Sequence record: KT454806 | Origin: Escherichia phage SUSP2 | Length of the DNA stretch: 64,000 bases | Reading direction: 5' to 3' (one strand) | In this document: one piece after another, positions 61,033 to 64,000 of the stretch | Position numbering within the stretch: the stretch's first letter is position 1 | Layout: every line of letters begins with the position of its first letter | The notes under the pieces: generated by a model | The model's input: only the letters and a program-made list of their open reading frames with translations | What the model was told of the DNA's origin: nothing | Database searches by the model: none | Made by a program: the position numbers and the translations under genes

Positions 61033-61497
61033 ATGCAAAACATTATTACAGTAGCTATCGACGCATCAGCAAACAAATCACAGGTTGTTCGTGATATCAT
61101 TAAAAGCAACTTTGATGGCAAAATCTTTCGTGCTGTCAACGTAAAAGTGGATGGTGATATCCGTGAATATCGTGCTTTGCTGAACGTGTCAAAACACGTT
61201 AAAGGTGTCGGTTCTACTACAGCACATAAAGAAAACCTGATGACCATCTATGATATGGGTATGGCTTCAGAGTTGGGTGCTAAAGGAATTGTACAGTCCG
61301 GTGCTCCGTACCGTTCTTTCAATCTGGAAACTGCTCTTATGCTTTCCTTTACAAGTGGTTCACAAACTACCACGTATCTCTTTACTGATGCTGCAACGGT
61401 ATCTGCCATTAAGGATAGCACTATCAAGGCTGGCGTAGCTGCTGCTGCAAAAGCTTCAACGATGGCTGCAAATGTCCTTGCTAAAGTCCTCGGTTAA
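61033..61497 (+). CDS. Hypothetical protein
   Basis: 154-aa ORF with RBS, followed by terminator. Confidence 0.45.
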   Translation: MQNIITVAIDASANKSQVVRDIIKSNFDGKIFRAVNVKVDGDIREYRALLNVSKHVKGVGSTTAHKENLMTIYDMGMASELGAKGIVQSGAPYRSFNLETALMLSFTSGSQTTTYLFTDAATVSAIKDSTIKAGVAAAAKASTMAANVLAKVLG

Positions 61498-61509
61498 GGT
61501 TATGATACA

Positions 61510-61531
61510 GGCTCCTTCGGGAGCCTTTTTC
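61510..61531 (+). terminator. Rho-independent terminator (UUCG loop)
   Basis: GGCTCC-TTCG-GGAGCC followed by TTTTT. Confidence 0.65.
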
Positions 61532-61719
61532 GTTTTAGGAGATTGTATATGTACAAAACATATTTGATAACAGTCGTCATAAAGGGTGTTGAAATTACCC
61601 TCCCAATGGCATCTAAAACTACTTGTGAGGTAGAGGCTTTGCAAGAGTTAGTTGAGCAAGCTGAATTACTTTATCCACAAGCTGAATTTGTTTATCCAGC
61701 AGTGTAGAGGATACTAAAA

Positions 61720-62067
61720 ATGACATTTAAAGAGTTCTGTCAAGCCGCTTTCATAGTTGTTTTTCTGATTGGTGTAGGTGTTTGGGGCGGTTATTCTTAT
61801 AAGGATTACCAAGTCACTCAGACAGAATTGACTAATCAGAAGCTTATAAGCGTTGCTAAGGATGCTTACCAAGAAGGTTTAGCAAATCTTAGCTCCAATT
61901 ATAAAAATGATTTGAAAGATGTGCTTGCTAAAAACAAACACACAAAAGAGGTATTGACATATGAGAAGACTAAGCCAGAGTTTTATAACATTTGTGCTAC
62001 TGATACTTATGTCAGGGTGTTCAATGAACAAAGTGAACTCTACGTTCAAAAACTCCCAAGTAAGTGA
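61720..62067 (+). CDS. Inner-membrane spanin candidate (Rz-like)
   Basis: N-terminal TM anchor FIVVFLIGVGVWGG followed by helical periplasmic domain; contains embedded lipoprotein ORF. Confidence 0.45.
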   Translation: MTFKEFCQAAFIVVFLIGVGVWGGYSYKDYQVTQTELTNQKLISVAKDAYQEGLANLSSNYKNDLKDVLAKNKHTKEVLTYEKTKPEFYNICATDTYVRVFNEQSELYVQKLPSK

Positions 62068-62230
62068 AAGTGATAAGTACACTCAAGAAGAATCACGCTA
62101 TGTTGTCAAGGGCAATACAGGCACAGACCTGTCACAAGCCCTTGAATTTTATCGTGATGGGTACTATCAATGTACGATGAAAGCCAATAATTTAATTGAT
62201 ATGATTTTGTTAGGGAATAAGCAGCAATGA
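61961..62230 (+). CDS. Outer-membrane lipoprotein spanin candidate (Rz1-like), overlapped architecture
   Basis: Lipobox LMSGC after hydrophobic signal; AAGAGG RBS; starts inside the Rz-like gene in another frame. Confidence 0.4.
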   Translation: MRRLSQSFITFVLLILMSGCSMNKVNSTFKNSQVSESDKYTQEESRYVVKGNTGTDLSQALEFYRDGYYQCTMKANNLIDMILLGNKQQ

Positions 62231-62496
62231 GTCAAGAGACAGAACTGTTCTACACAGAAGGTTATTTACTTCTTCCAAGACCAAAAGATACTTATATGCG
62301 CATTGACTTCATGCCAATGGTTATGGATGATGTGATGTGTCATATCTTTATGAAGGGTATCACAACACAGTTGAAAGATACTGGAAGAGATTGCAAATTA
62401 AAGATTGACACTCATCCAGAAATCAAAGAGAATCACTACACATGGTTCTTAGAAGATACCAAAGAAATTATGGCAGTTCTCAAAACGAGGAAGTAG
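62227..62496 (+). CDS. Hypothetical protein
   Basis: 89-aa coupled ORF. Confidence 0.35.
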   Translation: MSQETELFYTEGYLLLPRPKDTYMRIDFMPMVMDDVMCHIFMKGITTQLKDTGRDCKLKIDTHPEIKENHYTWFLEDTKEIMAVLKTRK

Positions 62497-62654
62497 CATG
62501 TCAAGCAAAGAGAAGTTGATTGAACTCATCAAAGAATACGGTCAAGCACGTTACAACGTTGCTGGAGAAAGCTGTTGTGGTGATATTGACAGTATGACGA
62601 TGTGGGAAGAAACTTCAGAAGCAATTCTACAACAAATTGAAGAGGTAGTCTCTG

Positions 62655-62981
62655 ATGGAATTGAACGGTAAAACCTTCGTAGCTGTCATCCAAGATAGTG
62701 AAAAAGATATTGGCGTAGCACAAGTCACATATGGTAATGGTGAGTTCCTTTATGGTATTGTGGCAATGGTTGGTACAAGAGGCGACACACCAACCTTTCA
62801 TGATTGTGTAGATAAACTCGAAGAGTCTGTCAGGAATCATTGGTGTCTTATCTGGATGAATGAGAAAGATATCAAAGAGCGTTATACTAAACTTGGTATT
62901 GACATTGCTGGCATAGAGCATGTAGACTTGTACGAGTTGACAGAGAAAGTTCTCTTTGAAAAAGGTAAAGAAAATGGCTGA
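62655..62981 (+). CDS. Hypothetical protein
   Basis: 108-aa ORF. Confidence 0.35.
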   Translation: MELNGKTFVAVIQDSEKDIGVAQVTYGNGEFLYGIVAMVGTRGDTPTFHDCVDKLEESVRNHWCLIWMNEKDIKERYTKLGIDIAGIEHVDLYELTEKVLFEKGKENG

Positions 62982-63174
62982 TTTCTGCAAAGACTGTTCC
63001 ATCGAACTGTTTGGACGTGACACAGGGGACTTAAAAGGTCTTATCTCTGAAGAAGAGTTCAAAGCTGGTTACGCTATGCCAACACTCTGTGAAGGTTGTG
63101 GTGGAATCTGGGTAGACCATGAAGGACAGCGTGTGAAGCCTTCTAAAGATAAAGAATCATGGGAGAAATGGTAA
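62956..63174 (+). CDS. Zinc-ribbon protein
   Basis: CKDC...CEGC Cys pairs. Confidence 0.4.
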   Translation: MKKVKKMADFCKDCSIELFGRDTGDLKGLISEEEFKAGYAMPTLCEGCGGIWVDHEGQRVKPSKDKESWEKW

Positions 63175-63175
63175 G

Positions 63176-63958
63176 ATGGGTATTGTAAAAGTCATCAAAG
63201 GGGATATCTTCACAGACTTTGAAAAAGGTAAGTTTGATATCATCGGTCACGGTTGCAACTGTATGAATCTGATGGGTGCAGGTATCGCTGACAAGATTTC
63301 TAAGGGTTATCCAAAAGCCTATGAAACTGATGCTGAAGTCTACCGTGTAGCAGGAGGAAGAGAGCATAAACCTTGTCAGAAACTGCTTGGTAAACTCTCT
63401 GTAGCACGTCTTAAACAAGGTCGTATTGCTAACCTGTACACTCAGTTGAAGACTGGTAAAGATGCTCGCTACGATGCTCTTGAGAGTGCTCTGTTGAGCC
63501 TTAACCAGTACTGCAAAGTAAATCAATTGAAGAAAGTTGGTCTTCCAATGATTGGTGCAGGGATTGGTGGACTTGACCCGAAAGCTATTGTGGTGATTAT
63601 GAATCACATCTTGAAAGATGTTGATGTTTATCTTTACGTGTTTGAAGAGGCAATGTTTAATACTCTGTCAACATGGGGTAATCACAGTGAACCACAATAC
63701 TTTGCAGGTGTAGCCGTTGTCAACGAAGACGGAGTTACCCTCTTCAGGCATCGTAAGAACAAGGTACATCGGAGTAACCCTCCGGTTGAGCGAATGTCTC
63801 TAAGTAACGCTCAAGTTACCCCGCCGTTGAAAGGAAGTATGCAACGTGCAGTGACATTTGGAAGTGAGCCTGATGTGTACATTCTTGCAGCAAATGAGAA
63901 AGATGCTGAAGCAATTGTAGACATTTCTAATATCAAGTTCTTAGCTGCAAAGAACTAA
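63176..63958 (+). CDS. Macro-domain protein (ADP-ribose binding/processing) with C-terminal extension
   Basis: N-terminal GDIFT...IGHGCNCMNLMGAGIA and later LPMIGAGIGG resemble macro-domain Gly-rich motifs. Confidence 0.5.
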   Translation: MGIVKVIKGDIFTDFEKGKFDIIGHGCNCMNLMGAGIADKISKGYPKAYETDAEVYRVAGGREHKPCQKLLGKLSVARLKQGRIANLYTQLKTGKDARYDALESALLSLNQYCKVNQLKKVGLPMIGAGIGGLDPKAIVVIMNHILKDVDVYLYVFEEAMFNTLSTWGNHSEPQYFAGVAVVNEDGVTLFRHRKNKVHRSNPPVERMSLSNAQVTPPLKGSMQRAVTFGSEPDVYILAANEKDAEAIVDISNIKFLAAKN

Positions 63959-64000
63959 GAAACTCTGTAGCATATTCACAATAGACTAAGCCTTTCTTAT

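Noticed and set aside
63143-63607. 154-aa - strand ORF overlapping the macro-domain gene
   Set aside because: Antisense to a + strand gene with RBS and coupled neighbours; no support.

Overview
This 64-kb window reads as a contiguous segment of a virulent, mosaic, tailed dsDNA phage of a Gram-negative host. No integrase, rRNA, tRNA or CRISPR array was found. Coordinates 22-22884 (+ strand) hold a structural module: large terminase, portal, S49-type prohead protease/scaffold, decoration-like and major capsid proteins, neck proteins, contractile-tail sheath and tube, tail assembly chaperones with a canonical -1 frameshift site, tape measure, a Mu/P2-like baseplate block and two paralogous tail fibers with His-X-His C-terminal repeats. 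Coordinates 23572-34730 (- strand) hold early genes: thymidylate synthase, dihydrofolate reductase, an XRE-type regulator, ATP-dependent DNA ligase, an HNH-AP2 homing endonuclease and a family A DNA polymerase. Coordinates 34988-63958 (+ strand) hold replication and metabolism genes: dNMP kinase, T7 gp4-like primase-helicase, SSB, RNase H/FEN-type exonuclease, a GIY-YIG nuclease, class Ia and class III ribonucleotide reductases with glutaredoxin, a Prs-like plus NAMPT-like pair, rIIA/rIIB homologs, an SLT-domain transglycosylase, an overlapped spanin pair and a macro-domain protein. Transcription signals are stereotyped: sigma70-like TTGACA-N16/17-TAnnnT promoters and GC-stem hairpin terminators with UUCG or GNRA loops. 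The most unusual feature is a two-gene operon of unknown function (27879-28909, - strand) flanked on both sides by about 250-bp non-coding modules. Each module contains two arrays of 10-12 strictly 5-nt-phased ACCNN units on the + strand (GGTNN on the operon's sense strand) joined to conserved hairpin motifs, with the module parts shuffled between the two copies. The upstream copy is transcribed from a strong promoter as a roughly 360-nt G-rich leader. I could not assign this element to any known class. All functional calls are from motif recognition and gene order by eye; no database search was run.
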